From the NCBI GenBank assembly GCA_964203045.1, contig CAXNKU010000005.1, positions 34,117-98,116 on the forward strand: a DNA stretch of 64,000 nt, given 5' to 3'. Below the pieces are notes generated by a model. That model was not told the DNA's origin, did no database searches, and was given only the letters and a program-made list of their open reading frames with translations. The translations under genes were made by a program, and so were the position numbers. This document shows positions 29,753 through 43,002 of this stretch, piece after piece (position 1 is the stretch's first letter; each line of letters begins with the position of its first letter). The DNA comes from Gaiellales bacterium (GTDB lineage: Bacteria; Actinomycetota; Thermoleophilia; Gaiellales; F1-60-MAGs149).

Positions 29753-31117
29753 GTGTCGGGCGTGACGGACCCGATTCGCATTACGCCAATTGGCGGTCTC
29801 GGCGAAGTCGGGCGCAATATGATGGTCATCGAGCACGACGATGTCCGCCTCGTGATCGACTGTGGCATCGGCTTTCCGCATGGCGATGATCGCGGCCTTG
29901 GCGTCGACATCTACCTGCCCGACGTGCGCGCCCTCAAGGGTCGCCCTGTCGATGCTGTGCTGATTACGCACGCGCACGACGACCATGTCGCTGCGCTTGC
30001 CCACCTGATCCGCTCGGGCACCCCCATCGGCCGCATGATCTCGCTGCCGTTTACGACCGCAATGGTCGAGGCCAAGCTCTCCGAGCACGACCTGCCACTG
30101 CCGCCGCTGCAGACCGTGGCGCCGGGTGATCAAATTCAGATCGGTTCGATCACCGTGGAGTTCATCCGCGTCTCGCACTCGATCCCAGATCCCGCAGCGA
30201 TCGCATTGACGACGAACCTCGGCACGATCGTGCTCACCGGCGACTACAAAATGGATGCGACCGGACAGGACATCAAGCGCCAGGTCGACCGCAAGCGCCT
30301 CACGGCTTTTGGCGATGCCGGCGTGATTGCCATGCTCGGCGATTCGACGAACGCCCAGCTGCCAGGCCGCACGCCCTCTGAGGCAACGACGATTGATCCC
30401 ATCAACGACGTCATCGACGAGGCCCAGGGCCGCGTTGTCCTGACCAGCTTCTCGTCCCAGATCGACCGCATCGACCATGCCGTTCGCGCCGCGGACCGCA
30501 CGGGTCGCCAGGTCATGCTGCTGGGCCGTTCCGTCCGCCGCAACGTCAAGATCGCTGAGCGCCTGAAAGAGATGGCGCCTCCGAACCTGCCGACCCTTGG
30601 CCGCCGCGATATCGCAGGCGTCAAAGCGCTCGTCATTTGCACTGGCTCGCAGGCCGAAGAATTCGCCGTGCTCGGGCGCGCCTCGCGCGGCGAGCATCCC
30701 GACCTCAACCTCGGCAATGGCGACACGATCGTCTTCGCATCGCGCCCCGTGCCAGGCAACGAGGGTCCGGTGGAAGAGATGCAGAACATGCTGCGCATGC
30801 GCGGCGCGCGCGTCGTCACGCACCACGACGCTGCGATCCACGTCTCGGGCCATGCCCGTGCCGACGAGATCGTCGACATGATCCGCATGCTGCGCCCGAC
30901 CAGTGTGATTCCGGTCCACGGTGAACCCCAGATGCTTGAGGCACAGGCCGAGCTGGCAATCCAGAATGGCGTGGCTGCAGACAACGTGCACGTCGGCTCG
31001 AACGGCGATGTCATCGAGGTCGACCAGAACGGTCTCCGCCTCGTGGATCAGATCAATGCGATTGCGATTCCCGCTGGCTCGGACGGCCTGCCGCTAGAAG
31101 CCGGGGAGCCGGGATGA
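29753..31117 (+). CDS. rnj: ribonuclease J (metallo-beta-lactamase / beta-CASP), short form
   Basis: 454 aa. ..ITPIGGLGEVGRNMMVIE.., ITHAHDDHVAAL (HxHxDH), beta-CASP region. About 100 aa shorter than typical RNase J, so the C-terminal domain appears reduced. Confidence 0.85.
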   Translation: MSGVTDPIRITPIGGLGEVGRNMMVIEHDDVRLVIDCGIGFPHGDDRGLGVDIYLPDVRALKGRPVDAVLITHAHDDHVAALAHLIRSGTPIGRMISLPFTTAMVEAKLSEHDLPLPPLQTVAPGDQIQIGSITVEFIRVSHSIPDPAAIALTTNLGTIVLTGDYKMDATGQDIKRQVDRKRLTAFGDAGVIAMLGDSTNAQLPGRTPSEATTIDPINDVIDEAQGRVVLTSFSSQIDRIDHAVRAADRTGRQVMLLGRSVRRNVKIAERLKEMAPPNLPTLGRRDIAGVKALVICTGSQAEEFAVLGRASRGEHPDLNLGNGDTIVFASRPVPGNEGPVEEMQNMLRMRGARVVTHHDAAIHVSGHARADEIVDMIRMLRPTSVIPVHGEPQMLEAQAELAIQNGVAADNVHVGSNGDVIEVDQNGLRLVDQINAIAIPAGSDGLPLEAGEPG

Positions 31118-31878
31118 GCCCGGTGCGGCTCGCGGATCTTGTCGGCTGGTTCGACGAGACGCTCGCTGCCCAGTCGTTCCGCGACTACGGCCCGAATGGG
31201 CTGCAGGTCGTGGGCGCCGATCAGGTTGCGCACGTCGCCACCGCTGTCTCCGTTTCGCTCGAGGTGATCGAGCGCGCCGCGGCCGACAATGCGCAGGTCT
31301 TGCTGGTGCACCACGGCCTGTTTTGGGATGGCGCCGATGCGCGGATCGGCCCACTGGAGCGCCGACGTCTCGAGGCGTTGTTTGCCGCCAACCTCTCGCT
31401 TGTGGCCTATCACCTACCGCTCGACGCACACGCGACGCTTGGCAACAATGCGCGCCTAGCTGACCTCCTCGGAGTCACGCAGCGCGTGCCGTTCGGCGAG
31501 CACCAGGGCGTCATGATCGGCTGTCGCGGCACACTCCCCACGCCAACCACAGCAGCCGCGCTCGCCACCACGCTGGGCGGCCTGATCGGATCCACGCCAT
31601 TGGTCTTGCCAGGCGGCGACCACCCCGTGCAGACGGTTGGCATTGTCTCGGGCGGCGCAGCACGAGATATTCGCCAGGCTGCCGCTGCTGGTCTCGATGC
31701 GTTCATTACGGGCGAGCCCAGCGAGGATGCCGCGTACCTGGCGGCCGAGCTCGGTGTGCACTTCATCGCCGCTGGACACAACGCCACGGAGACAGTGGGT
31801 GTCCAGGCCTTGGCCGAGGCAGCCGCGACACAATTTGGCCTCTCGACGTCGTTTCTCGCCGTCGACAATCCTGTCTAG
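31114..31878 (+). CDS. Nif3-like dinuclear metal centre protein (YbgI/GTP cyclohydrolase 1 type 2 family)
   Basis: 254 aa. ..DYGPNGLQV.., ..LLVHHGLFW.., ..AYHLPLDAH.. ATGA overlap with rnj. Confidence 0.85.
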   Translation: MSPVRLADLVGWFDETLAAQSFRDYGPNGLQVVGADQVAHVATAVSVSLEVIERAAADNAQVLLVHHGLFWDGADARIGPLERRRLEALFAANLSLVAYHLPLDAHATLGNNARLADLLGVTQRVPFGEHQGVMIGCRGTLPTPTTAAALATTLGGLIGSTPLVLPGGDHPVQTVGIVSGGAARDIRQAAAAGLDAFITGEPSEDAAYLAAELGVHFIAAGHNATETVGVQALAEAAATQFGLSTSFLAVDNPV

Positions 31879-31910
31879 CAGCAGCCCCGAGCGCTAGTCT
31901 CGGCTGCACG

Positions 31911-32822
31911 ATGCACGACGCTGCCACACCACCCGCGATCTGGGTTCGCCACGGAACGCTCTGGCGCCCATTCGACCGTGCGCTCGTCGCCTCACGCGTG
32001 CATGAATACGCCGGTGGGCTGCTGGAGGTTGGCTGCGCCTCCGAGAGCATTTTCGCCCTCGAGCACAACACGGACAGCGAGTCGCTACTGCTCCTGATCG
32101 CCGCACTCGAGATTGGTGTGACGATTCGGCTCGGTACCGCCGATACCCCTTTTGCGGCCGGTTTCGCAACGACACCGATTCGTGCCGCACATCTCGCGTC
32201 ACTCGCCCGGCTCGACTCGGTCTGTGTCCCCGTCGCCCCACGCGAAGACTCGGGTCGCAGCCTCGAACGCCTGGCCGCCCACGGCGTGCTCCATACGGCC
32301 CTGAGGACCGATGCGGTACGTGAGCGCACGCGCGAACGCCACGGCCATCAACGGGCGCTGATCACGTCCACCAACGTGGACTGCACGCTTGGACAACTCC
32401 ACACCGACATCACCGCCTTCCGCGCAGCCGGCGACCTCCTGCGCCCCGACGAGACCATCTTGATCACGGTCCCTTTGGACACGCCGTGGGTTGTCACCGT
32501 CGCCCTCGCCGCGGTCGAGCAAGGCATCCCGGTCGCAATCGGCAGGCTCGAAGACATTCCCCTTCTGAAACCGAGTGTCGTCGTCGGCACGGCGGCGGAT
32601 GCCGACGCCCTGGCCGAGACCACAGCAGGCGGACCAACGCTGTTGACGACGCTCTCTCGCCACCTCGGTCGCAGCCGCACTGCGCCACCGCCGCGCTGCC
32701 TGATCGTCGGCGACCATGAGGTGCCAACGAGCGTCTGCTCCCAGCTGCATCTCGGTGGCACAACGGTGCAGCAGCTCGCAGCAGACGCCGATGGCTTTCT
32801 GCTGCCGCCTGGAGTCGAATAG
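31911..32822 (+). CDS. hypothetical protein, distantly ANL (adenylate-forming enzyme) N-domain-like but lacking the P-loop
   Basis: 303 aa, GC3-rich. ..ALITSTNVDCTLGQLHTDITAF..DETILITVPLDTPWVVTVALAAVEQGIPVAIG.. resembles the layout around the T[ST]G[ST]TGxPKG motif, but the motif itself is absent. Confidence 0.55.
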   Translation: MHDAATPPAIWVRHGTLWRPFDRALVASRVHEYAGGLLEVGCASESIFALEHNTDSESLLLLIAALEIGVTIRLGTADTPFAAGFATTPIRAAHLASLARLDSVCVPVAPREDSGRSLERLAAHGVLHTALRTDAVRERTRERHGHQRALITSTNVDCTLGQLHTDITAFRAAGDLLRPDETILITVPLDTPWVVTVALAAVEQGIPVAIGRLEDIPLLKPSVVVGTAADADALAETTAGGPTLLTTLSRHLGRSRTAPPPRCLIVGDHEVPTSVCSQLHLGGTTVQQLAADADGFLLPPGVE

Positions 32823-32823
32823 C

Positions 32824-32870
32824 TGGATCAACTTTGCTTTGGGGTCTGACCCCTAAGCAAAGTTGATCCA
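32824..32870. repeat. 47-bp near-perfect palindrome (16-bp arms, GGGGTCTGACCCC centre)
   Basis: tggatcaactttgctt tggggtctgacccct aagcaaagttgatcca. Begins 1 nt after the stop of the upstream gene. Anchored on stop 32820-32822. Confidence 0.9.
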
Positions 32871-32894
32871 CCAACCGTCGGGTAATCTGAGCCC

Positions 32895-35904
<3,010 letters not shown>

Positions 35905-35980
35905 AGGCGAAACGGTATCGCGCCCGTCCGTGGGCGCGCCTGCCGCGAAAAACGTCTGTAGTTCTCTCTACGCTTCTCTG

Positions 35981-36535
35981 ATGCCCTCTTCGTCGCTTAC
36001 TTCGCTGCAGCGCCAGATCTATTGGTCTGCCCCATCGCCACTGATCGAGCGCGGGCGTCGCCGAACAGCGTTCGGGCTTCTGCTGATCCTGGGGTGCGAG
36101 CGCCTGCTGCGCGAGGGACGCCTCCATGGCCCCCAGGCGCGTCTGGCCGCCGCTCAGATCCAGGCGGCCCGCCTGCTCGCCGTGCCCGTCACGGGCGCGC
36201 GCTGGAAGACGCGACGTGGAGACGTCTTGCGCCGAGACGGTGACGACCTCGCCGCAGCACTCGCCACGAAGGCCGCTGGCCTCGAGGCCTCCCCAGCCGG
36301 CTCACTAATTGCCGCCTGCGACCTGCTCGAAGAGGTGATCGAATGGCTCGCCGCCGGCGAGTTGCGTGGTGCCGCTGCCCCCGCCGCGATCGACCGACTA
36401 CGCGTAGCCCAGGTCTTGCTTCGCGAGCACCAGTTCGATGAAACGGACCACGACGACCCCGAACTACCCGCTCACCACGAACTCGTCCTCGAAGAACAGT
36501 CGTCGACGCCGACTGCGTGGGTCGACGAGGACTAG
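35981..36535 (+). CDS. hypothetical protein
   Basis: 184 aa from an internal ATG of ORF 35714..36535; the upstream part overlaps the HAD gene antisense. GC3-rich. No family recognised. Confidence 0.45.
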   Translation: MPSSSLTSLQRQIYWSAPSPLIERGRRRTAFGLLLILGCERLLREGRLHGPQARLAAAQIQAARLLAVPVTGARWKTRRGDVLRRDGDDLAAALATKAAGLEASPAGSLIAACDLLEEVIEWLAAGELRGAAAPAAIDRLRVAQVLLREHQFDETDHDDPELPAHHELVLEEQSSTPTAWVDED

Positions 36536-37311
36536 TCGAGCAGACCTTCGAGGCCCGTCACGAGCGTCGCGCTCGCGGGGTGCTCCCAGTCGACGTGGAG
36601 CGCCGTGATTGCGACGTAACCATCCGCAATCGCCTCAAAATCTGTCCCCGGCGCGCGGTGATAGTCCGCATCGCCTGCGTAGAGACGAAAGCGCTGCTTG
36701 CCGCCACGTTCCTCGGCGAGTTCGATCTGGTCGGCCCAGATTCGACGGCCAAGCTTGCAGACGCGTAGGCCCTGCGGTGGGCCGGTCGGACAGTTGAGAT
36801 TGACGAGCATGTCCTTGCCAAACGTGCCTGCAGCAAGCAGCGTGGCAAGGCGAGGCACGATCCGCTCGGCCGTCGCAAACTCGTAGTCGCCATCGCGCGT
36901 GTGATGCAGCTCGCCACCGGTCGATTGTTGCGAAATCGCGAGCCCCGGGTAGCCGAGTAGGATTCCCTCCATCGCTGCGGCGACGGTACCCGAGTAGGTG
37001 ACGTCATCGCCGAGGTTGAGTCCAAGGTTGGCACCCGCAACGACGAGATCGAACGACGCGCCAGGCTCGCGCGCCTCGGCAAAGCGCACGCAGTCGACCG
37101 GTGTACCGCTAACGGCAAAGGCCTGGGCCGCACCCGGCACCTCGCGCTCCTCGACCTCGAGCGTGCCGCGGATCGTGATGCCACGAGCAACTGCGCTCTG
37201 ATTCGTCGCGGGCGCAACGACCAGCACCTCCACGACCGTACTCAGCGCGCGTGCGATCGCGTGGAGCCCCGGCGAGTCGATGCCGTCGTCGTTCGTCAGG
37301 AGCACACGCAT
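36532..37311 (-). CDS. surE: 5'/3'-nucleotidase SurE
   Basis: 259 aa. MRVLLTNDDGIDSPGL.. signature. Confidence 0.93.
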   Translation of the reverse strand: MRVLLTNDDGIDSPGLHAIARALSTVVEVLVVAPATNQSAVARGITIRGTLEVEEREVPGAAQAFAVSGTPVDCVRFAEAREPGASFDLVVAGANLGLNLGDDVTYSGTVAAAMEGILLGYPGLAISQQSTGGELHHTRDGDYEFATAERIVPRLATLLAAGTFGKDMLVNLNCPTGPPQGLRVCKLGRRIWADQIELAEERGGKQRFRLYAGDADYHRAPGTDFEAIADGYVAITALHVDWEHPASATLVTGLEGLLD

Positions 37312-37366
37312 GCGACATGCAGGTTACCCGTCCCCCTATGCCGCCCGCGTGAGTGCAGGAGAAACT

Positions 37367-38425
37367 ATGAGTGGTTTCACTCGCTCTGAGCGCGTGCAGT
37401 TCAGCCTGATTGGCCTGGTCGCGGTGGCGGCAATTGGGCTCGAGGTTACGCATGCCAACTCGGTGCTGATCTTTGTCGTGGCGGGCCTTGCCGTCGCGGG
37501 CATGGCGCACATCCTCGGCGTCGCGACGGAGCAAGCCGGTGAGGCATCCGGCCCGCGGATCTCCGCCCTGCTCAACGCGACCTTCGGCAATGCCGCCGAA
37601 CTGATCATCGTCGTGCTCGCGATTCGCCAAGGCGGCGAACTCATCGACGTCGCGCGCTACTCAATTATCGGTTCGGTGATGGGCAACATCCTGCTGATCC
37701 TCGGCGCCTCGCTGCTCGTCTCTGGCATTCGCCATGGCCGCCAGAGCTTTAACGCCGTGATCAGCGGCGTCAACGGCACGATGCTGCTCTTGGCGACTGC
37801 TGCACTCGCCTTGCCGACGCTGTTTACGATCGTCTTGCCCGCCGAGACGAGCGGCGCGATCAGCATCTCACACGGGGTGGCAATCGTGATGGCCGTGTTG
37901 TACGGCCTGTACCTCCTGCACGCCTTCCGTTCCCCCGACGAATCGGCCGCCGCTCACGGGACCGCACACTGGTCTCCACGCTTATCGATCATCGTGCTGG
38001 TCGCATCCGCCGCGGTCACCGGCCTCTTATCCGAATTTCTCGTCACAGCGATCGAGCCAACGATCAAGGCCACGGGTATCTCGGCAGTGTTCGTCGGCCT
38101 GATCATCGTGCCACTCGTCGGCAATATCGCTGAGCATTTTGCCGCCATCAAGATTGCCGCCAAGGGCGACCTTGACTTCGCGATGGGCATCGCCTTCAAC
38201 TCGGCGCTCCAGGTCGCGCTAGCCGTGACGGCCGTCGCCGTTGCCGCGGGCTTCATCTTTGGTCACGAGTTGACGCTGTCGTCTGGTGCACTCGAGATGG
38301 CGGTGCTGATTGCCGCGGCAATCCTCGCCGCCTTTATCGCCACCAACGGCAATGCGACGTGGCTTGAGGGTGCCGAGCTGATCGCGATCTACGTGATCGC
38401 AGCGCTCGCCTTCTCGTACGTCTAG
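37367..38425 (+). CDS. Ca2+/H+ antiporter (CaCA family)
   Basis: Internal ATG (MSGFTRSERVQFSLIGLV) of ORF 37280..38425. The two alpha-repeat signatures GNAAELI and GNIAEH. About 11 TM segments. Confidence 0.85.
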   Translation: MSGFTRSERVQFSLIGLVAVAAIGLEVTHANSVLIFVVAGLAVAGMAHILGVATEQAGEASGPRISALLNATFGNAAELIIVVLAIRQGGELIDVARYSIIGSVMGNILLILGASLLVSGIRHGRQSFNAVISGVNGTMLLLATAALALPTLFTIVLPAETSGAISISHGVAIVMAVLYGLYLLHAFRSPDESAAAHGTAHWSPRLSIIVLVASAAVTGLLSEFLVTAIEPTIKATGISAVFVGLIIVPLVGNIAEHFAAIKIAAKGDLDFAMGIAFNSALQVALAVTAVAVAAGFIFGHELTLSSGALEMAVLIAAAILAAFIATNGNATWLEGAELIAIYVIAALAFSYV

Positions 38426-38432
38426 CCGCTCG

Positions 38433-39203
38433 CTAGCGCCGGGGATCTGATCCCGTGCCGCTGACGTAGTCGACATGCACAAGGCAGAGCGCGTGGGCGG
38501 GTGCCGTCCAGCCCGCCTCCGACCGCAGCGCGCCCGTCAGAAGCGAGGGAAACAGCTCTGGGGCGTTGCCTCGGTCACCGCGGGCCGTCACGATCATCGT
38601 GCCGACGAGCGTGCGGACCATGTGGCGTAGAAACGCGTTGGCCGTAATCTCAAAGCGAATCCCGGTCTCCGTGTCGAGCCACCGCGCCGTCTGCACCGTT
38701 CGCGTAAACGTCTTGTGCTCGGTCTCCGCGGGTGTGAAGGCACGAAAGTCGTGCTCGCCAACGATCGTCGCCGCCAACGTGTCGAGGACCGAGCGGTCCA
38801 ACTCGCGAGGCTCGTGCAATTCGCGGCGACACTGCAGCGGGTCGCGCAGTTGCCCGAGGCGTACGTCGTACGTGTACGAGCGGCTACGCGCAGAGAAACG
38901 GGCGCTAAAGTCGGCCGGCACCTCGTCGGCAGCAGCGACCACGATGTCGGTGGGCAAGATGTCGTTGAGCGCACGCGGCAGCGCAGCCGTCGGCGGACCG
39001 CCCTGCCGCAAGACACTGACAACCTGCCCCGTCGCGTGCACCCCCGCATCGGTGCGTCCAGCCACCACGACGTCGCCCCGAGCATCGTGGAGGCGGTCGA
39101 TCGCGCGTGTCAGCTCGCGTTCGATCGTACGGGCGTGTGGCTGCTGCGCCCAGCCATTGAACCCCGTGCCGTCGTAGGCCACCTGCAGGCGCGTATTGAT
39201 CAC
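38433..39203 (-). CDS. truA: tRNA pseudouridine(38-40) synthase
   Basis: GTG 39203 (GTGA overlap with the upstream stop) within ORF 38433..39467. ..LQVAYDGTGFNGWAQQP.., catalytic ..AGRTDAGVHATGQV... Confidence 0.88.
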   Translation of the reverse strand: MINTRLQVAYDGTGFNGWAQQPHARTIERELTRAIDRLHDARGDVVVAGRTDAGVHATGQVVSVLRQGGPPTAALPRALNDILPTDIVVAAADEVPADFSARFSARSRSYTYDVRLGQLRDPLQCRRELHEPRELDRSVLDTLAATIVGEHDFRAFTPAETEHKTFTRTVQTARWLDTETGIRFEITANAFLRHMVRTLVGTMIVTARGDRGNAPELFPSLLTGALRSEAGWTAPAHALCLVHVDYVSGTGSDPRR

Positions 39204-39649
39204 AGGATGGGATCGATGCGGTCCAGGAGCTGGGCCGCACCACCGCCCCGCGCCACGATGATCAGACAGCCAACGGCCAGCAAGGCACCACCGATCAGTG
39301 GCGCACCACCGTCGACGCGACCAGCAGTCGCCACAATCACGAGTGCCACCACGAGCACAACGAATGCCGACAGGCGACTCGCCACGCCGAGCATCAGCAT
39401 CAGTCCAAACAGCACGAGCAGCACTACGCCGATCCAGGTCAGCAGCGACGGCGCAGGCAGACCCCACTCCTCGGCGTGCAGCGCCACCACCGCATGCCCA
39501 CGCAGGTTGAGGACGCCGACAACCAATGCCGCCACACCAACGAGCACCCGCACAAACATCAGCACCACGACATTGAGCCCGCGCGAACGCGGAGTCCTCT
39601 CGGGAATACCAAGGTCGATCAGGCTGCGCTGACTCTGTGGGTCAAGCAC
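39200..39649 (-). CDS. small polytopic membrane protein (DoxX-like)
   Basis: 149 aa, 4 TM segments. The DoxX assignment is tentative. Confidence 0.6.
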   Translation of the reverse strand: MLDPQSQRSLIDLGIPERTPRSRGLNVVVLMFVRVLVGVAALVVGVLNLRGHAVVALHAEEWGLPAPSLLTWIGVVLLVLFGLMLMLGVASRLSAFVVLVVALVIVATAGRVDGGAPLIGGALLAVGCLIIVARGGGAAQLLDRIDPIL

Positions 39650-39659
39650 GGCTATGCCT

Positions 39660-40115
39660 CTACGACTCGGTCGACGCGCCAGCGTCGATCTGCGTACCCT
39701 CGATCACTGCGCGTAGCTGCGGCTCAAGCGCTTCGAAGGCCACCGACGGCACGGTGCAGACGATCGCATACCCCGACCCACCAATCGTCGTCAGCCCAAC
39801 GAGCTGCCGCAGACGCAAGCCGGCTGCCTCCCACTCGACCGTGCGTAGATGGCCAGGCGCACCACTAATCTCGATGTGCTCGACGGGTCGCGACTCTTGA
39901 ACGGGAATCTGGTCCGCCAACTTCTGCACCCAGCCGCTCGAGAACCCTCCAAGACCCATGCTGTTGCAGAGCGTCTCGCGCGTCACCACGACGTTCGGTT
40001 GCGCACCCTCCGTCAACGGTCCAACGATCGTCAGGACAGTCCGATCCTGCCAGCCCTCAGGCTGCGGAATCGTGACGGTACCGGACGTGATGTGGGTGGT
40101 ATCGCTCATGCCCAC
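39660..40115 (-). CDS. hypothetical protein
   Basis: 151 aa. Sits between rplQ and the membrane protein in the same transcriptional direction. No motif recognised. Confidence 0.6.
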   Translation of the reverse strand: MGMSDTTHITSGTVTIPQPEGWQDRTVLTIVGPLTEGAQPNVVVTRETLCNSMGLGGFSSGWVQKLADQIPVQESRPVEHIEISGAPGHLRTVEWEAAGLRLRQLVGLTTIGGSGYAIVCTVPSVAFEALEPQLRAVIEGTQIDAGASTES

Positions 40116-40133
40116 CGCCCACGCACGGTTAGA

Positions 40134-40487
40134 TCACTCGACCCACTCGAGGATCGCCATCTCGGCGTTATCCCCGGAGCGAGGTCCAAGCTTGACGATC
40201 CGGGTGTAGCCACCCGGGCGCTCGGCGAACTTCGGTGCGACTTCGGCAAACAACGCGTGCACGACGTCGCCGCTGCGCAGATAGGCCTTGGCCTGACGGC
40301 GAGCGTGCAAGTCGCCACGCTTACCGAGCGTGACCATCTTCTCAGCGATCGGCCGCACTTCCTTGGCCTTGGCGAGCGTCGTCGTAATCCGACCGTGCTC
40401 GACAAGCGAGCCAGTCAGATTCGAAAACAGCGCCTTGCGGTGCGCGGAATCGCGCCCGAGGACGCGGCCTTTGCGTGCGTGTCGCAT
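40134..40487 (-). CDS. rplQ: 50S ribosomal protein L17
   Basis: 117 aa. [24 protein letters not shown]... Confidence 0.97.
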   Translation of the reverse strand: MRHARKGRVLGRDSAHRKALFSNLTGSLVEHGRITTTLAKAKEVRPIAEKMVTLGKRGDLHARRQAKAYLRSGDVVHALFAEVAPKFAERPGGYTRIVKLGPRSGDNAEMAILEWVE

Positions 40488-40489
40488 GG

Positions 40490-41455
40490 TTAGCCCTCGT
40501 CCCCGCGCAGCCGCAGACCATGAGCACCGAGTGCAGCACGAATCTCGTCGATCGACTTACGACCGAAGTTCGGGATCGAGGCGAGGTCACGATCCGACTT
40601 GGCAACGAGGTCGCCAACCGTCTCGATGCCAACGCGCTTGAGGCAGTTGTACGAGCGGACGCCAAGCTCGAGCTCTTCGATCAGGATGTGCTCCATCCCG
40701 TTCGTCGGAGCAACGTCGTACTCGGGCATGCTCACCTCGAGGCTACGGGCCAACTCGGCCGTATCCATGTTGGCGAAGATGTTGAGCTGACGGATCAGAA
40801 TTTCGGCAGCCTTCGTGACTGCGTCCTTCGGATCAATCGCACCGTTCGTCTTGACGTGCAGCGTGAGCTTGTCGAAGTCCGTGTCCGAACCAACGCGCGC
40901 CGGCTCGACCGTGTACGTGACACGGCGGACGGGCGAGAAGATCGAGTCGACGGGGATAACACCGATCGTCGTCTCGAAGTCCTTGTTCTCGGAGGCGGGC
41001 ACGTAGCCACGGCCGCGACCAATGGTCAGCGACATCTCGAGCTTCGACTTGGCGGCGAGGTTGCAGATCACAAGATCCTTGTTGAGGATCTCAACGGGAC
41101 CAGCAATTGCAATATCGGCAGCCGTCACGACGCCAGGGCCGGACTTGACGATGTCAGCCTCGACCTCGGGAGCATCACCCTCAATGTTGAGGATTAGGCC
41201 CTTGAGGTTCAGGATGATGTCGGTGACGTCCTCGCGGACACCCGGCACCGTCGTGAACTCGTGCTGCGCGCCCTCGATGCGGACGCTCGTGACAGCAGCG
41301 CCCTCCAACGAGGAGAGCAACACGCGACGAAGCGAGTTGCCGAACGTGTAGCCGAAGCCACGCTCGAGGGGCTCCACAACGAAGACTCCCTCAGTAGCGG
41401 AGACCTCTTCATGGACGATCTGTGGCATCTGGAATTCAAGCATGCGGGTGCTCAC
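40490..41455 (-). CDS. rpoA: DNA-directed RNA polymerase subunit alpha
   Basis: 321 aa. ..[30 protein letters not shown].. and C-terminal domain ..[13 protein letters not shown]... Confidence 0.97.
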   Translation of the reverse strand: MSTRMLEFQMPQIVHEEVSATEGVFVVEPLERGFGYTFGNSLRRVLLSSLEGAAVTSVRIEGAQHEFTTVPGVREDVTDIILNLKGLILNIEGDAPEVEADIVKSGPGVVTAADIAIAGPVEILNKDLVICNLAAKSKLEMSLTIGRGRGYVPASENKDFETTIGVIPVDSIFSPVRRVTYTVEPARVGSDTDFDKLTLHVKTNGAIDPKDAVTKAAEILIRQLNIFANMDTAELARSLEVSMPEYDVAPTNGMEHILIEELELGVRSYNCLKRVGIETVGDLVAKSDRDLASIPNFGRKSIDEIRAALGAHGLRLRGDEG

Positions 41456-42072
41456 TTCGAGTACAGCTCCACGATCAGCTGCTCTTGGACAGGGGTATCG
41501 ATCTCCTCACGGTCAGGCATACGAACGACCTTGCCCGTGAGGTTGTCATGGTCGGCCTGCAGCCAGTTGGCTACAGACGCCGTGAGGTCTGTCGCGTTGC
41601 GGACCGCGACCTCGCCTGCTGCACCGGGGCGCAACGAAACGATGTCGTCTGTCCGAACTTGGTACGAAGGGATGTTGACCCGACGACCGTTGACATGGAA
41701 GTGGCCGTGGCGCACGAGCTGACGAGCCTGCGCACGCGACGCGGCGAAACCGAGGCGATAGACGACGTTGTCGAGGCGCAGCTCGAGGAGGCGCAAAAGC
41801 TCCTCACCCGTGATGCCCTGACGACGCGAAGCCTTCGCGTAGTAGTTGCGGAACTGCTTCTCCAGCACGCCGTAGTAGCGGCGGGCCTTCTGCTTCTCGC
41901 GCAACTGCAGCAAGTACTCAGACTGCTTGATGCGTCCGCGGCCGTGCTGGCCTGGCGGATAGGAGCGGCGCTCAACGGCGCACTTCTCGGTCAGACAACG
42001 CTCGCCCTTGAGGAACAGCTTGACGCCCTCACGGCGGCACTGACGACACTTAGGATCGGTAACTCGAGCCAT
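41452..42072 (-). CDS. rpsD: 30S ribosomal protein S4
   Basis: 206 aa. [26 protein letters not shown]... Confidence 0.97.
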   Translation of the reverse strand: MARVTDPKCRQCRREGVKLFLKGERCLTEKCAVERRSYPPGQHGRGRIKQSEYLLQLREKQKARRYYGVLEKQFRNYYAKASRRQGITGEELLRLLELRLDNVVYRLGFAASRAQARQLVRHGHFHVNGRRVNIPSYQVRTDDIVSLRPGAAGEVAVRNATDLTASVANWLQADHDNLTGKVVRMPDREEIDTPVQEQLIVELYSK

Positions 42073-42086
42073 CTTCTACAGTCTCC

Positions 42087-42494
42087 TTAGACCCGGCGCC
42101 GTTTGCGGGCACGACAGCCGTTGTGGGCCTGCGGGGATACGTCGCGAACACCGATGATCTCGAGTCCAGCGGCCTGAAGGGAGCGCATCGCGGTCTCACG
42201 ACCGGAGCCGGGACCCTTCAGAAACACTTCGATCTTCTGGAGACCATGCTCCATGCCCTCACGCGCACACAGGTCGGCGGTCACCTGAGCGGCGAACGGC
42301 GTCGACTTGCGCGAACCCTTGAATCCAGCGGCTCCAGCACTCTTCCACGCGAGGACGTTGCCTTCGCGGTCGGTCAGAGCGACGATCGTATTGTTGAACG
42401 ACGTCTTGATGTGGGCCTGGCCAATTGCGATATTCTTGCGCACCTTGCGACGCGTGCGACCGCGAGTACCACCGGGTTTTCGAGGAGGAGCCAT
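42087..42494 (-). CDS. rpsK: 30S ribosomal protein S11
   Basis: 135 aa. ..[32 protein letters not shown]... Confidence 0.97.
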   Translation of the reverse strand: MAPPRKPGGTRGRTRRKVRKNIAIGQAHIKTSFNNTIVALTDREGNVLAWKSAGAAGFKGSRKSTPFAAQVTADLCAREGMEHGLQKIEVFLKGPGSGRETAMRSLQAAGLEIIGVRDVSPQAHNGCRARKRRRV

Positions 42495-42514
42495 GAAGCG
42501 GGTCGATCCTTTCC

Positions 42515-42886
42515 TTAAGCCTTACGGCTGCGCCCGACGGTCTTCTTCGGGCCTTTCCGGGTACGTGCGTTGGTCTTGGTGCGCTGACCGTGAACGGGCA
42601 GGCCACGACGGTGACGAACACCGCGGTAGCAGCCAATCTCCATCAGGCGCTTGATGTTTGCGGAGCGCTCGCGGCGCAGGTCGCCTTCGACCTGGACGTT
42701 GGAGTCGATGTACGCACGAATGCGGGCGACCTCTTCGTCGGTCAGATCGCGAACCTTCTGCTCGGAGCCGATACCGAGTTCTTTGCAGACGGACTGCGCG
42801 GTCGAGCGACCGATGCCGTAGATGTACGTCAGCCCAATCTCAACGCGCTTTTCCCGGGGGATGTTGACTCCAGCGATACGTGCCAT
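42515..42886 (-). CDS. rpsM: 30S ribosomal protein S13
   Basis: 123 aa. [26 protein letters not shown]... Confidence 0.97.
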   Translation of the reverse strand: MARIAGVNIPREKRVEIGLTYIYGIGRSTAQSVCKELGIGSEQKVRDLTDEEVARIRAYIDSNVQVEGDLRRERSANIKRLMEIGCYRGVRHRRGLPVHGQRTKTNARTRKGPKKTVGRSRKA

Positions 42887-42888
42887 GA

Positions 42889-43002
42889 CTACCCCTGACG
42901 CTGCTTATGACGAGGATTCGGGCAAATTACGTGCACCACGCCGGAACGCCGAATCACTCGGCATTTATCACACATCGGCTTAACGCTGGGACGCACCTTC
43001 AT
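42889..43002 (-). CDS. rpmJ: 50S ribosomal protein L36 (Zn-ribbon form)
   Basis: Last 37 codons of track ORF 42889..43215: [37 protein letters not shown]. Confidence 0.95.
   Translation of the reverse strand: MKVRPSVKPMCDKCRVIRRSGVVHVICPNPRHKQRQG

Noticed and set aside
29564-30991. 475-aa minus-strand ORF spanning the tRNA-Pro gene and the whole rnj region.
   Set aside because: It is antisense to a clear RNase J gene and reads through a tRNA. Its sequence is low-complexity Arg/Asp/His-rich. It is a high-GC artefact.
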